The notes under the pieces: model-generated
What the model was told of the DNA's origin: nothing
The model's input: the letters and a program-made list of their open reading frames with translations, nothing else
The model's database searches: none
Program-made: the position numbers and the translations under genes
Part shown: one piece after another, positions 26,071-35,284 of the stretch
Layout: every line of letters starts with the position of its first letter
How positions within the stretch are numbered: the first letter of the stretch is position 1
Assembly (NCBI GenBank): GCA_020200025.1
Contig: JAIVJN010000031.1
Location: 1 to 35,284 of the forward strand
Direction of reading: 5' to 3'
Source: Acidobacteriota bacterium
GTDB lineage: Bacteria > Acidobacteriota > Vicinamibacteria > Vicinamibacterales > UBA2999
Length of the DNA stretch: 35,284 bases

Positions 26071-27456
26071 TCACTGAGAGCAAGCCGAAAGCCACGCGCG
26101 GGTTTCCGCGAGCGCCGCGCTGACCGCCTCGGGATGGGTCGATTGCGGCGTGCGCCGCGCGCGCACGGACGACTCGGCGGAGATGGCCGCGGTGACGTCA
26201 GCGCCAAACGAGGGGTCCCATTGCTGCCATTCGGCGAGTGAGAGATCGACAAAGCTACGACCCTCCGAGACGAGGTGGCGGACCATGCCCCCGACAACCT
26301 CATGGGCTTGGCGGAACGGCAGCCCCCGGGCCACCAGATAGTCGGCGACGTCGGTCGCCAGGAGCAGGCCCGACGCGGCCAACCGCGCGCGCTCGGGACG
26401 AAGCGTGAGGCGGGCGACGACGGCGGTCGCGGCGCCAAGGGAGACCGTGATCGTGTCCTCGGCGTCGAAGACCGGCTCCTTGTCTTCCTGAAGGTCTTTG
26501 TTGTAACCGGTCGGCAACCCTTTGATCGTGACGAGCAGGCCCGTGAGGGCCCCGATGGCACGACCCGCCTTGCCTCGCACGAGCTCGAGCGGATCGGGAT
26601 TCTTCTTCTGCGGCATCATGCTGCTGCCGGTCGCCGACTGATCGGCAAGCTCGAAGAATCCGAACTCGTCAGACGTCAGAAGGATGAAGTCCTCGGCCAG
26701 GCGTGAGAGGTGCACCATCGTCAGCGCGACGGCGTGCAAAAAGGTGACGCAGAAGTCGCGATCGGACGAGGCATCGATGCTGTTTGCGACCACCCGGGTA
26801 AAACCCAGTCGAGCGGCGAGTTGACCTGTATCGACGGCGTAGTTCGTGCCCGCCACGGCACCAGAGCCGAGTGGCAGCGCATTGGCTTCTTCACGTGCGA
26901 CGGCGAAGCGGGTGTGATCGCGCCGCAGGGCGGCCACGTGGCTGAGCAGATAGTGCGCGATCGTAACCGGCATGGCGCGCCGCATATGCGTATACGCGGG
27001 CATGACCGCCACCTCGGCGCGCTCGGCCTGATCGGCGAGCGTCGCGACGAGCCGCTCGATTTGCTGCTGTAACAATGGAATACGCCGGCGGAGATACAGC
27101 CGCAGATCGAGCGACACCTGCTCGTTGCGCGAGCGCCCCGTGTGCAGGCGCCGGCCCGCGTCGCCGACTCGTGCCACGAGCTCTCGCTCGACAAAGCTGT
27201 GGACGTCTTCGTCGTCTCCACTCACCCAGGCCGGATTGTGCCGGCCCGCGTCGAGAATGGCGGTGAGGCCCTGGCGAATCGCTGCCGCATCCGCAGCGTC
27301 GAGAATGCCGGCCGCTGCGAGCGCCTCGGCCCACGCCAGGCTGCCCGCGACATCGTCCTCGAACAATCGCCGATCGAAGGGGAACGAGACGCCGAAGTCG
27401 AACGCCGCTGGATCGGGAGCGTCGTCGAACCTGCCGGACCACAGATGCTGGGACAT
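26071..27456 (-). CDS. argH: Argininosuccinate lyase
   Basis: LWSGRF, EDVH, HTGRSRNEQ, GSSMMPQKKNPD and YNKDLQEDK motifs. Confidence 0.95.
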   Translation of the reverse strand: MSQHLWSGRFDDAPDPAAFDFGVSFPFDRRLFEDDVAGSLAWAEALAAAGILDAADAAAIRQGLTAILDAGRHNPAWVSGDDEDVHSFVERELVARVGDAGRRLHTGRSRNEQVSLDLRLYLRRRIPLLQQQIERLVATLADQAERAEVAVMPAYTHMRRAMPVTIAHYLLSHVAALRRDHTRFAVAREEANALPLGSGAVAGTNYAVDTGQLAARLGFTRVVANSIDASSDRDFCVTFLHAVALTMVHLSRLAEDFILLTSDEFGFFELADQSATGSSMMPQKKNPDPLELVRGKAGRAIGALTGLLVTIKGLPTGYNKDLQEDKEPVFDAEDTITVSLGAATAVVARLTLRPERARLAASGLLLATDVADYLVARGLPFRQAHEVVGGMVRHLVSEGRSFVDLSLAEWQQWDPSFGADVTAAISAESSVRARRTPQSTHPEAVSAALAETRAWLSACSQ

Positions 27457-27474
27457 AGGCGATCTTCGGACTAG

Positions 27475-27575
27475 GACGACACGACGATCACGAAGATACC
27501 CGACCGGGTTGCTCTCATGAGACTCCAGAGCAACCCGGTTGGCTCTCGCGGTTGGTGTTCCTTCGTGTTGTCGTC
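27475..27575. repeat. Nested inverted repeat between argG and argH
   Basis: CCGACCGGGTTGCTCT / AGAGCAACCCGGTTGG, nested inside GACGACACGA / TCGTGTTGTCGTC. Confidence 0.55.
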
Positions 27576-28701
27576 ACCGAACCGGCACTAATTCGTCCGT
27601 GTTGTCCACCGCCGCCACTCGATCGTCGAGCGCGAAGGGTGACTGGCGCCCGACGACGTGGCAATCGCCTTTGAAGAGCTTGAGGCGGATTGTGCCGGTA
27701 ACACGCTCCTGCACGCGTTCGACAAACGCATCGAGCGCCTCGCGAAACGGGGTGAACCAGAGGCCGTTGTAGACGATATCCGCGTACTGTGTGGCCACTT
27801 GCTGCTTGAAGCGGTGCAGCGCCGTCGACATCACGAAGCTCTCGAGCTCTTTGTGGGCCATGTGGAGGACGACGGCGGCGGGCGCTTCGTAGATCTCGCG
27901 CAGCTTCACGCCGACCAACCGGTTTTCGACCATGTCGATCCGACCGACGCTGTGCGCGCCGGCAATGGTGGTCAAGCTCTCGACGATTTCCGTAAACGAC
28001 ATCGGGACGCCGTTGATCGCGGCCGGCAGGCCGCGCTCGAAGGCCATCTCGACATAAGCCGGCTGCATCGGGGTGTCGGCCGGCGACTTGGTGAGCGCGT
28101 AGATTTCCTCGGGCGCCTCCTGCCACGGGTCGACCAGCACGCCCCCGGTGATCGAGCGTCCCCACAGGTTGCTGTCGACGCTGTAGGGGCTGCCCGGTGT
28201 CGCCCGTACGGGGATGCCGTGCTCGATCGCGTACGCGATCTTGTCGGCCCGCGACAGGCCGCGGAGGCGAGCGGGGGCCACGACACGAAGGCTCGCGTCG
28301 ATGCTGCTGACCAGCACTTCGAGGCGAATCTGATCGTTGTCACGCCCGGTCGCCCCATGTGCGACCGCCACGGCGCGCTCGATGTGGGCGATCTCGACGA
28401 GCTTCTTGGCGATGAGGGGGCGGCCGAGGGCGGTGGCCATCGGATAGCGCTCTTCGTACAACGCGTTCGCTTTGAGCGCGGGCAGCACGTAATCGCGCGC
28501 GAGCTCTTCGCGGACATCGAGCACGTGGCAGCGGACGGCGCCGGCTGCGAGCGCGCGGTCGCGCATCGCGTCGAGTGGTTTACCCTGCCCGAGATCGAGG
28601 GTGACGGCGACGACTTCGGCCTGGTATTGCTCCGCCAGCCAACGAATGGCGACCGAGGTGTCGAGTCCGCCCGAGTACGCGAGAACGATGCGCTCTGCCA
28701 T
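27574..28701 (-). CDS. argG: Argininosuccinate synthase (divergent active-site motifs, short C-terminus)
   Basis: LAYSGGLDTS, ALGRPLIA, NDQIR, NLWGRS, GRIDMVENR and YEAP motifs. Located between argR and argH. Confidence 0.88.
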   Translation of the reverse strand: MAERIVLAYSGGLDTSVAIRWLAEQYQAEVVAVTLDLGQGKPLDAMRDRALAAGAVRCHVLDVREELARDYVLPALKANALYEERYPMATALGRPLIAKKLVEIAHIERAVAVAHGATGRDNDQIRLEVLVSSIDASLRVVAPARLRGLSRADKIAYAIEHGIPVRATPGSPYSVDSNLWGRSITGGVLVDPWQEAPEEIYALTKSPADTPMQPAYVEMAFERGLPAAINGVPMSFTEIVESLTTIAGAHSVGRIDMVENRLVGVKLREIYEAPAAVVLHMAHKELESFVMSTALHRFKQQVATQYADIVYNGLWFTPFREALDAFVERVQERVTGTIRLKLFKGDCHVVGRQSPFALDDRVAAVDNTDELVPVR

Positions 28702-28725
28702 GTCGCGTTCGCCCAGTGCTCCGAG

Positions 28726-29289
28726 TCAGCGGCGGATCGCGGGCTCGGCACCCTGACGGCGGGCCCCACGTTCCTCACGACGATCCGGTTCTCGCCAGCC
28801 TATCCACGGCTTGCGCACGCGTGGCGGCGAAGCTTCGCGCTTCTCGGCGAATCCCTCGAATTCGTTCGCCACCGTTCGCGCCGCGCGTGCGTCGCGGCAG
28901 ATGACGAGAATCGTGTCGTCGCCGGCAATGGTCCCGATGATGGCCGGGAGCCGTGCGCGGTCGATGGCCAGCGCCAGGAGGGCGGCTTGTCCCGGACCGG
29001 TTCGCATGACCACGAGCTGCTGCGACACATCCAATGACTGCATGTACTGCCCGAGCGCCCGGCTGAGCGCCGGCAGCGCGGCCGGCTCGGTTGGGGCATC
29101 GAGCCCGGCCGGCTGATACGCCCCGTCGGTCGCCCGCTTGACCAGGCCCAAATCTTTGATGTCTCGCGATAGTGTCGCCTGCGTGACGTCGAATCCCTGG
29201 GCGATCAGCCGGCGGCGCAGTTGATCCTGGCTGCGGACCGCTTCGTGCTCGACGATCTCGCGAATGGCCGATTGGCGTCGCGCTTTCAT
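28726..29289 (-). CDS. argR: Arginine repressor
   Basis: TQATLSRDIKDL and GTIAGDDTILVI motifs. ATG at 29289. Confidence 0.95.
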   Translation of the reverse strand: MKARRQSAIREIVEHEAVRSQDQLRRRLIAQGFDVTQATLSRDIKDLGLVKRATDGAYQPAGLDAPTEPAALPALSRALGQYMQSLDVSQQLVVMRTGPGQAALLALAIDRARLPAIIGTIAGDDTILVICRDARAARTVANEFEGFAEKREASPPRVRKPWIGWREPDRREERGARRQGAEPAIRR

Positions 29290-29387
29290 AAATATGCAGT
29301 AGAAAGAATAGTATACACATGAAAGGCGTTCTGTCACTAGATTTCTCCGTTGACGAGGCCCGCGGCTGGATGTATAAATATTCTTTC
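29283..29387. promoter_or_regulatory. ARG boxes and divergent promoters
   Basis: TTTCATAAATATGCAG, AAGAATAGTATACACA (tandem) and ATGTATAAATATTCTT resemble TG(A/C)AT-N4-AT(T/G)CA. TTGACG-N17-TATAAA (29350-29378) points toward argC. Confidence 0.75.
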
Positions 29388-29419
29388 TGACGCATACGCG
29401 CGGGGCAGAGTGAGGAGAG

Positions 29420-30213
29420 ATGATCGAGTCGCACGTTTCCCAGGCTGTCGCGTTCCCGTCGCGCCCCGGACTCGCCACCCGGGTCGCGGTGGTCGGGGCC
29501 ACGGGCTATGCCGGGCAGGAGTTGGTGCGTCTCCTGGCGCGGCACCCTGCGACGCAGTTGACTGTCGCGACGGCGTCGCAGGCGACGAGCACGCCGCGCC
29601 GCCTGCCTGCGCTCGCCCGCGTATGGGAGGGAGAGATCGGCCCGCTCGAGATCGATCGCGTCATCGATGAAGCCGACGTGGTGTTCCTCGCGTTGCCGGA
29701 AGCCGCATCCGCCGATCTGGCGCCGAGCTTTCTGGCGGCGGGTCGGCGCGTCATCGATTTGTCAGGCGCTTTCCGGTTGCGCGACGACGATACGCGGGCG
29801 CGCTGGTATGCCGCAACCGCGTCGCTGCCTTCGCGCATCGACACGTGCCCGAGATGGAGCAGACGCTCGGTCGTGCCGTGACGTTCGTGCCGCATCTCGT
29901 TCCGCTCGATCGGGGCATCTTGACGACCGTGTACACGCGACTGGCGCCAGGGACGCCGGCGCGGCGCGTGGCAGAAGTGTTCGAAGCCGCCTATGCCGCC
30001 GAGCCGTTCGTTCGGCTGACGGGTCGTCAGCTTCCCGAAATCAAGCACGTGGCGTGGAGCAACTTCTGTGACATCGGGTGGGCAGTCGATGAAACGGGCG
30101 GCCGCTTGGTCGTCGTGTCGGTCATCGACAACCTGCTGAAGGGTGCGGCGGGATCCGCCGTGCAGAACTTCAATGTGGCCCTCGGGCTCGACGAGCGCGC
30201 GGGCCTGTTGTGA
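29420..30213 (+). pseudogene. argC: N-acetyl-gamma-glutamyl-phosphate reductase, internal deletion and frameshift near 29830
   Basis: GATGYAG, FLALP and IDLSGAFR are in one frame. HRHVPEMEQ, FVPHL and IDNLLKGAAG are in another. The catalytic PGCYPT region is absent. Confidence 0.85.
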
Positions 30214-31040
30214 AGGCCAGAGGGACGATTCGCCCGGTCGTCTTGAAGGTAGGCGGCGAGCTTCTCGACGACCCGCGGAAGAGAAGAGTCATGGCACGAG
30301 CCATCGTGCGGGTGGCGGCCTCCGTTCCGCTCGTCGTCGTGCACGGCGGCGGCCGCGAGATCGACGCCGCGCTGGCGAATGCGCAGATCCCCAAGCGGCA
30401 GGTGGATGGGCTGCGGATCACCGACCAGGCAACGCTCGGCGTCGTAGTTGCGGTGCTCGCCGGCTCGGTGAACACCACGCTCGTCGCTGCCGTCAACGCC
30501 GCGGGCGGCAGGGCGGTCGGCCTGACGGGCGCGGACGCGGACGTCTGCCGGGTCGGGCGGGCGCCCCGCCATCGGACGACGACCGGCGAGCTGGTGGATC
30601 TCGGGCTCGTGGGACGACCCGTCGACGAGGGGCCGTCGCGCCTGGTGGCGACGCTGGTGCGCGATGGGTTCGTGCCGATTGTGGCGTCGATCGGCGCGGC
30701 CAAGAATGGCACCCTGTTCAACGTGAACGCCGACACGCTGGCCGGAAGCCTCGCGACGCGCCTCGCCGCCTCGCGGCTGGTCATCGCTGGCGGCACGGCA
30801 GGCGTCCTCGATGAAAGTGGTCAGACGATACCGATGCTCGATCGGGCAGCGGCGTCGGACGCGGTCCAGTCCGGGACAATCAGCGCCGGCATGGTTGCCA
30901 AGTTGAGCGCCTGCCACGACGCGCTCGCTGGCGGTGTGTCCGACGTGATCGTGGCCGACGGCACGCGGCCGCCGCGGCTGGCGTCGTTGCTGACCACGGC
31001 CAGAGTGCGGCGCGGCGCATGGACGCAGATTGTGGGCTGA
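30210..31040 (+). CDS. argB: Acetylglutamate kinase
   Basis: VLKVGG, VHGGG, DGLRITD, NVNAD and GMVAK motifs. Confidence 0.92.
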   Translation: MKARGTIRPVVLKVGGELLDDPRKRRVMARAIVRVAASVPLVVVHGGGREIDAALANAQIPKRQVDGLRITDQATLGVVVAVLAGSVNTTLVAAVNAAGGRAVGLTGADADVCRVGRAPRHRTTTGELVDLGLVGRPVDEGPSRLVATLVRDGFVPIVASIGAAKNGTLFNVNADTLAGSLATRLAASRLVIAGGTAGVLDESGQTIPMLDRAAASDAVQSGTISAGMVAKLSACHDALAGGVSDVIVADGTRPPRLASLLTTARVRRGAWTQIVG

Positions 31041-31081
31041 GCGACAAAACGAAACCGAGTTTCGTTTTCCGGAATAGACCA

Positions 31082-32353
31082 ATGAGCAACACGATGGCAC
31101 AGCCGACTCTCGACGAGGTGCAAGCGCTCGAGGCGCAGCACGTACTGCAGACCTACAAGCGGGCGCCCGTGGTCTTCGTCCGCGGCGAGGGCACGCGCCT
31201 CTTCGACTCGTCCGGTCGCTCGTACCTCGACTTCGTTTCGGGCATCGGCGTGGCGGTGTTGGGACATGGGCATCACGGACTCGCTGCGGCGATCACGGAT
31301 CAGGCGCGCACGCTGATTCAGACGTCGAACCTCTATTTCCACCCGCTGCAGGGACAATTGGCCCAGCGCCTCTCGGCCCTGTCCGGCCTCGAACGCGCGT
31401 TTTTCTGCAACAGCGGCGCGGAGGCCATCGAGGCGTGCCTGAAGTTCGCCCGACGCTATTGGTACAGCGCCGGCCACCCGAGCCGCACCGACTTCGTGGC
31501 GCTCGAACACGGCTTCTCCGGGCGCACGATGGGCGCGTTGTCGGTTACGGGGAACGCCCAGTACCGTGATCCGTTCGGCCCGCTCGTTCCGGGGGTCACG
31601 TTCGTGGCGCCCGACGACGGGGACGCGCTGGCGCACGCGGTGACGGAGCGTACGGCCGCCATTCTCGTCGAGCCCATCCAGGGCGAAGGGGGCGTGCGTC
31701 CGCTGTCGGGCGCCTTCGCCGACGCGATCGAAGCGGCGTGCGCACGCACGGGTGCGTTGCTGATTGCCGACGAGGTGCAGTGTGGTCTCGGCCGCACGGG
31801 CGAGCCGTTCTACTTTCCGCTCCTCGGCCTCACGCCGGATCTCGTGTCGGTCGGCAAGGCGCTCGGATCTGGCGTGCCCATCGGCGCATGCCTGGTCGCC
31901 GAGCACGTCGCCGCTCGCGTGGCGCCAGGCGATCACGGCAGCACGTACGGCGGCAACCTGCTCTCGACACGCGCGGCGCTCTACGTGCTCGAGCAGCTCA
32001 CGGGCTCGACGGCCGCCGTTCCCTATCCCGCTCCCGGCTCGGCGATCGGTGGGCTGATTGCACACGTTCGCGATGTTGCCGATACCTTCGACCAGGCGCT
32101 CACGCTGCTCAAGACGCGGCATGGCGTCGTCGCATCGGTGCGCGGCGCGGGCGTGATGCGCGGCCTCGAGCTCACCGTCGACGCCTCACCCGTGGTCGAC
32201 AACGCGCGCGCGGCCGGCCTGCTCGTGAATCGAACGGCCGAACGCGTGGTACGGATGCTTCCGCCGCTGACCGTCACGACAGCGGAAATCGCGGAGGCGA
32301 TGGACGTGCTGGGTGAAGTCCTGGCGACCGTGCCAGCAGAGACAACGAAATGA
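31082..32353 (+). CDS. argD: Acetylornithine aminotransferase
   Basis: YLDFVSGIGV, NSGAEAIE, EPIQGEGG, DEVQCGLGRTG, GKALGSG and HGSTYGGN motifs. Confidence 0.92.
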   Translation: MSNTMAQPTLDEVQALEAQHVLQTYKRAPVVFVRGEGTRLFDSSGRSYLDFVSGIGVAVLGHGHHGLAAAITDQARTLIQTSNLYFHPLQGQLAQRLSALSGLERAFFCNSGAEAIEACLKFARRYWYSAGHPSRTDFVALEHGFSGRTMGALSVTGNAQYRDPFGPLVPGVTFVAPDDGDALAHAVTERTAAILVEPIQGEGGVRPLSGAFADAIEAACARTGALLIADEVQCGLGRTGEPFYFPLLGLTPDLVSVGKALGSGVPIGACLVAEHVAARVAPGDHGSTYGGNLLSTRAALYVLEQLTGSTAAVPYPAPGSAIGGLIAHVRDVADTFDQALTLLKTRHGVVASVRGAGVMRGLELTVDASPVVDNARAAGLLVNRTAERVVRMLPPLTVTTAEIAEAMDVLGEVLATVPAETTK

Positions 32354-32837
32354 ACATGACCATGGCGGTTCCGGACTGCGATCGACGACGGGCTTGGGTG
32401 GCACGGCGCGCGCCGCGTGCGGCGTCGGACATCACCCTGCGATCGGCGGCCCCCGATGAAGCCGAGGGGGCCGCATTGTCGCCTGTGCGGAGCTTGCGCC
32501 CCTCAGCGGCGCGGTGGCCGAAGTCCGCTCGCTGGTCGTTCACCGCCACGCGCGCGCCTTGGGCATCGGTCGGCGGCTCGTCGACGAGTTGCAGCGGCAG
32601 GCCCGCGTGGAAGGATACGATCGGCTGTGTGCATTCACGCACGAGCCCGGCTATTTCGTACGCATGGGCTTCTCGATCGTGCCGCACACGTGGGTGCCAG
32701 AGAAAATCGCGCACGATTGCACCGGCTGCGCACTGTTCCGCCGCTGTGGGCAGCACGCCGTGGTGCTGACCTTGCGCGACGGTCGACCGGCGACATCAGG
32801 TCCCGGCGCCGTCTCGTTGCCGGCGCCGCGGGGTTAA
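32350..32837 (+). pseudogene. argA: Short GNAT N-acetylglutamate synthase (ArgA-like), deletion and frameshift near 32467
   Basis: ITLRSA.PDE is in one frame. GRIVACAEL..AEVRSLVV...GIGRRLV...PEKI..DC..C is in another. Position within the arg operon supports the call. Confidence 0.72.
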
Positions 32838-32838
32838 G

Positions 32839-34065
32839 GTGCCCGAGCTCGTCACCTCGCAACTGCAAGCGATCGAAGGCGGCGTCACGGCGCCACGCGG
32901 CTTCAGCGCCGCCGGCGTGGCCTGCGGCATCAAGGCCAGTGGCAAACCGGATCTTGCACTCATCGTCGCGGATGTTCGCGCCAGCGCCGCGGCCATCTTC
33001 ACGACGAATCAGGCGCAAGCGGCGCCCCTGCTGGTCTGCCGCGAGCACATCGAGCGCACGGCAGGGCGCGCGCGCGCGATCGTGACCAACAGCGGATGTG
33101 CCAACGCGTGCACAGGCGCCAGGGGCATGGCCGACGCTCGCGACATGGCGCAGTGGGCCGCCGATGCGGTCGGCTGCCCCGTTGAAGAAGTGCTGGTCGC
33201 GTCGACCGGAGTGATTGGCGTTCATCTCGCGATGGACGCCGTTGGCCGCGGCATCGCCGCCGCACGCGAGGCGCTTTCGGCCGCCGGCGGCGCGCACGCG
33301 GCCCTCGCCATCATGACGACCGATCCGTTTCCCAAGGCCTGCGCCGCCTCGGTGACGACCGACGCGGGCACATTCCGGGTCGGTGGTATGGCGAAGGGCT
33401 CGGGCATGATCGAGCCGCGCATGGCGACGATGCTCGGCTACCTCACGACCGACGCACACATCGACCCGGTGCGGCTTCGGCAAGCCTTGGTCGAGGCGTG
33501 CCGAGATACGTTCAACGCCATCACCGTCGATGGTGAGAGCTCGACGAACGATTCGGTGTTTGCGCTCGCGAGTGGCACCAGTGGCGTCTCCATCGATAGC
33601 GCCCTCTACCCAGCGCTCGTCGAAGGTTTTCGCTTCGTCGCCAAGGAGCTGGCGCTCGACATCGTTCGGGGCGGCGAGGGAGCGACCAAGGTGGTCGCCA
33701 TCACGGTTACCGGCGCGAGGACGTGGACCGATGCCTCGACCGCCGCGCGCGTGATTGCCAACTCGCCGCTGGTGAAGACGGCCCTTCACGGCGCCGATCC
33801 GAACTGGGGACGGCTCGTCGCCGCCGCGGGGCGATCGGGCGTGCCCTTCTCGGTCGATCACGCGAGCGTACGGATCGGTGAGGTCCTCCTCTTCGACAAT
33901 GGTCAACCGCACGACGACCGGGCTGCGCTGGCGGCGGAATACCTCCAGGGCTCGGACTTGACGATCGAGGTCGACCTCGGAACGGGCGGCCCGAGCCGAG
34001 CCACCATCTACACGTGCGACCTCTCCGCGGAATACGTCAGGATCAACGCCGAATACCGGACGTGA
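32839..34065 (+). CDS. argJ: Ornithine acetyltransferase
   Basis: NSGCANA, STGVIG, IMTTD, KGSGMI.P.MATML, STND, GEGATK, D.NWGR and Y..INAEYRT motifs. Confidence 0.95.
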   Translation: MPELVTSQLQAIEGGVTAPRGFSAAGVACGIKASGKPDLALIVADVRASAAAIFTTNQAQAAPLLVCREHIERTAGRARAIVTNSGCANACTGARGMADARDMAQWAADAVGCPVEEVLVASTGVIGVHLAMDAVGRGIAAAREALSAAGGAHAALAIMTTDPFPKACAASVTTDAGTFRVGGMAKGSGMIEPRMATMLGYLTTDAHIDPVRLRQALVEACRDTFNAITVDGESSTNDSVFALASGTSGVSIDSALYPALVEGFRFVAKELALDIVRGGEGATKVVAITVTGARTWTDASTAARVIANSPLVKTALHGADPNWGRLVAAAGRSGVPFSVDHASVRIGEVLLFDNGQPHDDRAALAAEYLQGSDLTIEVDLGTGGPSRATIYTCDLSAEYVRINAEYRT

Positions 34066-34067
34066 CC

Positions 34068-35027
34068 ATGCCTTCTGTCGAGACTTCCCTCCCGCGACTT
34101 CGATGCAAGGATCTCTTGTCGATCCTCGATTTGAATCATGGCGAGCTCGAGACGGTGCTCCGCCTCTCGTCGCGGCTGAAGACGGAGCGGACCTTGGGCC
34201 TTCGCGCCCCGACCGCGCACGTGCTGGACGGACGGCACGTCGGCCTGCTCTTCGAGAAGCCGTCGCTGAGAACACGGGTCACGTTCACCATTGGCGTGCG
34301 GGAGTTGGGGGGCGAAGTCGTGGAGATCTCCGCAGACGTCATGCACGCGGATCGCGAGCCGCTGCACGATGTCGCCCGCAATCTGGAACGCTGGGTCGAT
34401 GCGATCGCGATCCGCACATTTGCTCAGGATCGGCTCGTCCAGCTTGCTCAATCCACCCGAGATCTGCACGTCATCAACGGCTTGTCCGATGACGAGCATC
34501 CCTGCCAGGCGCTGGCGGATCTGCAGACACTATCGGAGCTCTGGGGCTCGCTGCCGGGACGGATCGTGGCCTACGTCGGCGACGGCAACAATGTCGCAAC
34601 GTCACTCGTCCACGCCGCGCTCATGTCAGGTGTGTCGGTCCGCGTCGCCACCCCGAAAGGGTATGAGCTGCCGCGCGCGGTGATCCAGGCAGGAGCGAGC
34701 ATTGCGACACACGGGGCCGAGCTGACGGAGCTCAGCGATCCCGCCAGAGCGGTGGCCGGGGCTGACGCCGTTTACACCGATGTGTGGACCTCGATGGGCC
34801 AGGAGGTCGAGTACGCCGAGCGAAAGGCCGTCTTCCGCACGTATCAGGTCGACGGGCGGTTGATGGCGCAGGCCAAGCCGGGCGCCATCTTCATGCACTG
34901 CCTCCCGGCGCATCGCGGCGACGAGGTGACCGACGAGGTGATCGAATCGCCGGCCTCGGTGGTGTTCGACCAGGCCGAGAATCGGCTGCACGCACAGAAA
35001 GCGTTACTGCTGATGCTGCTCGGTTGA
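34068..35027 (+). CDS. argF: Ornithine carbamoyltransferase
   Basis: FEKPSLRT, HPCQ, GDGNNV, DVWTSMG, HCLP and QAENR motifs. Confidence 0.95.
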   Translation: MPSVETSLPRLRCKDLLSILDLNHGELETVLRLSSRLKTERTLGLRAPTAHVLDGRHVGLLFEKPSLRTRVTFTIGVRELGGEVVEISADVMHADREPLHDVARNLERWVDAIAIRTFAQDRLVQLAQSTRDLHVINGLSDDEHPCQALADLQTLSELWGSLPGRIVAYVGDGNNVATSLVHAALMSGVSVRVATPKGYELPRAVIQAGASIATHGAELTELSDPARAVAGADAVYTDVWTSMGQEVEYAERKAVFRTYQVDGRLMAQAKPGAIFMHCLPAHRGDEVTDEVIESPASVVFDQAENRLHAQKALLLMLLG

Positions 35028-35284
35028 CGGCGCGGCGATCCGGCGAGCACGCATCAACACTTGGATTTCATCCGGCCGTCCGTTCTCGTATTCGAGACGC
35101 TGCCGACCCTCAGCGTCGGTTGCAATCACGGCAGGCATCGAGCTCGCGGTCACCGTCCAACCGACCGGAAGCAGAACCGTGTTTCGCGGCCGGCTAGCAG
35201 CTCGGTCCCACACGAGCTCGTCACCGTCCAGACGGTAGCGCTCCGCGTCGGTATAGGTCTCTGAGACACGGATCCGTGCAGAGT

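Noticed and set aside
35028-35284. Small ORFs at the window end
   Set aside because: Short, no motifs, no clear RBS. Cannot be supported.

Overview
High-GC bacterial chromosomal window. Gene style and intergenic repeats suggest Acidobacteriota (Vicinamibacteria-like); this is an inference. It is mostly housekeeping and metabolic genes. In order: (1) a sulfur-relay cluster with CysM-like PLP enzyme, JAB/Mov34 peptidase and a MoaD/ThiS-MoeB-rhodanese triple fusion carrying an internal Gly-Gly; (2) alkA-like glycosylase, SIMPL, FGE-like protein, aminotransferase, homoserine dehydrogenase, CoA transferase; (3) a DtxR/MntR regulator divergent from a Tat two-domain multicopper oxidase, an extended ZIP transporter, a cupredoxin and a UbiE-like methyltransferase, which is the best candidate for a poorly described system; (4) divergent queD/queC with a highly structured queD leader; (5) deoxyhypusine-synthase-like, PIN-like, nagA and DUF4097 genes; (6) a sigma54 activator and an HD-GYP/GAF/GGDEF protein; (7) a flavin reductase, fabI and a divergent arginine cluster (argR-argG-argH / argC-B-D-A-J-F) with ARG boxes and an apparently degenerate argG. 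Seven abrupt junctions, where roughly 100-300 bp of expected sequence is missing, break genes across the window. They are probably collapsed assembly gaps, so those pseudogene calls are provisional. No rRNA, tRNA, CRISPR array or transposase was seen.
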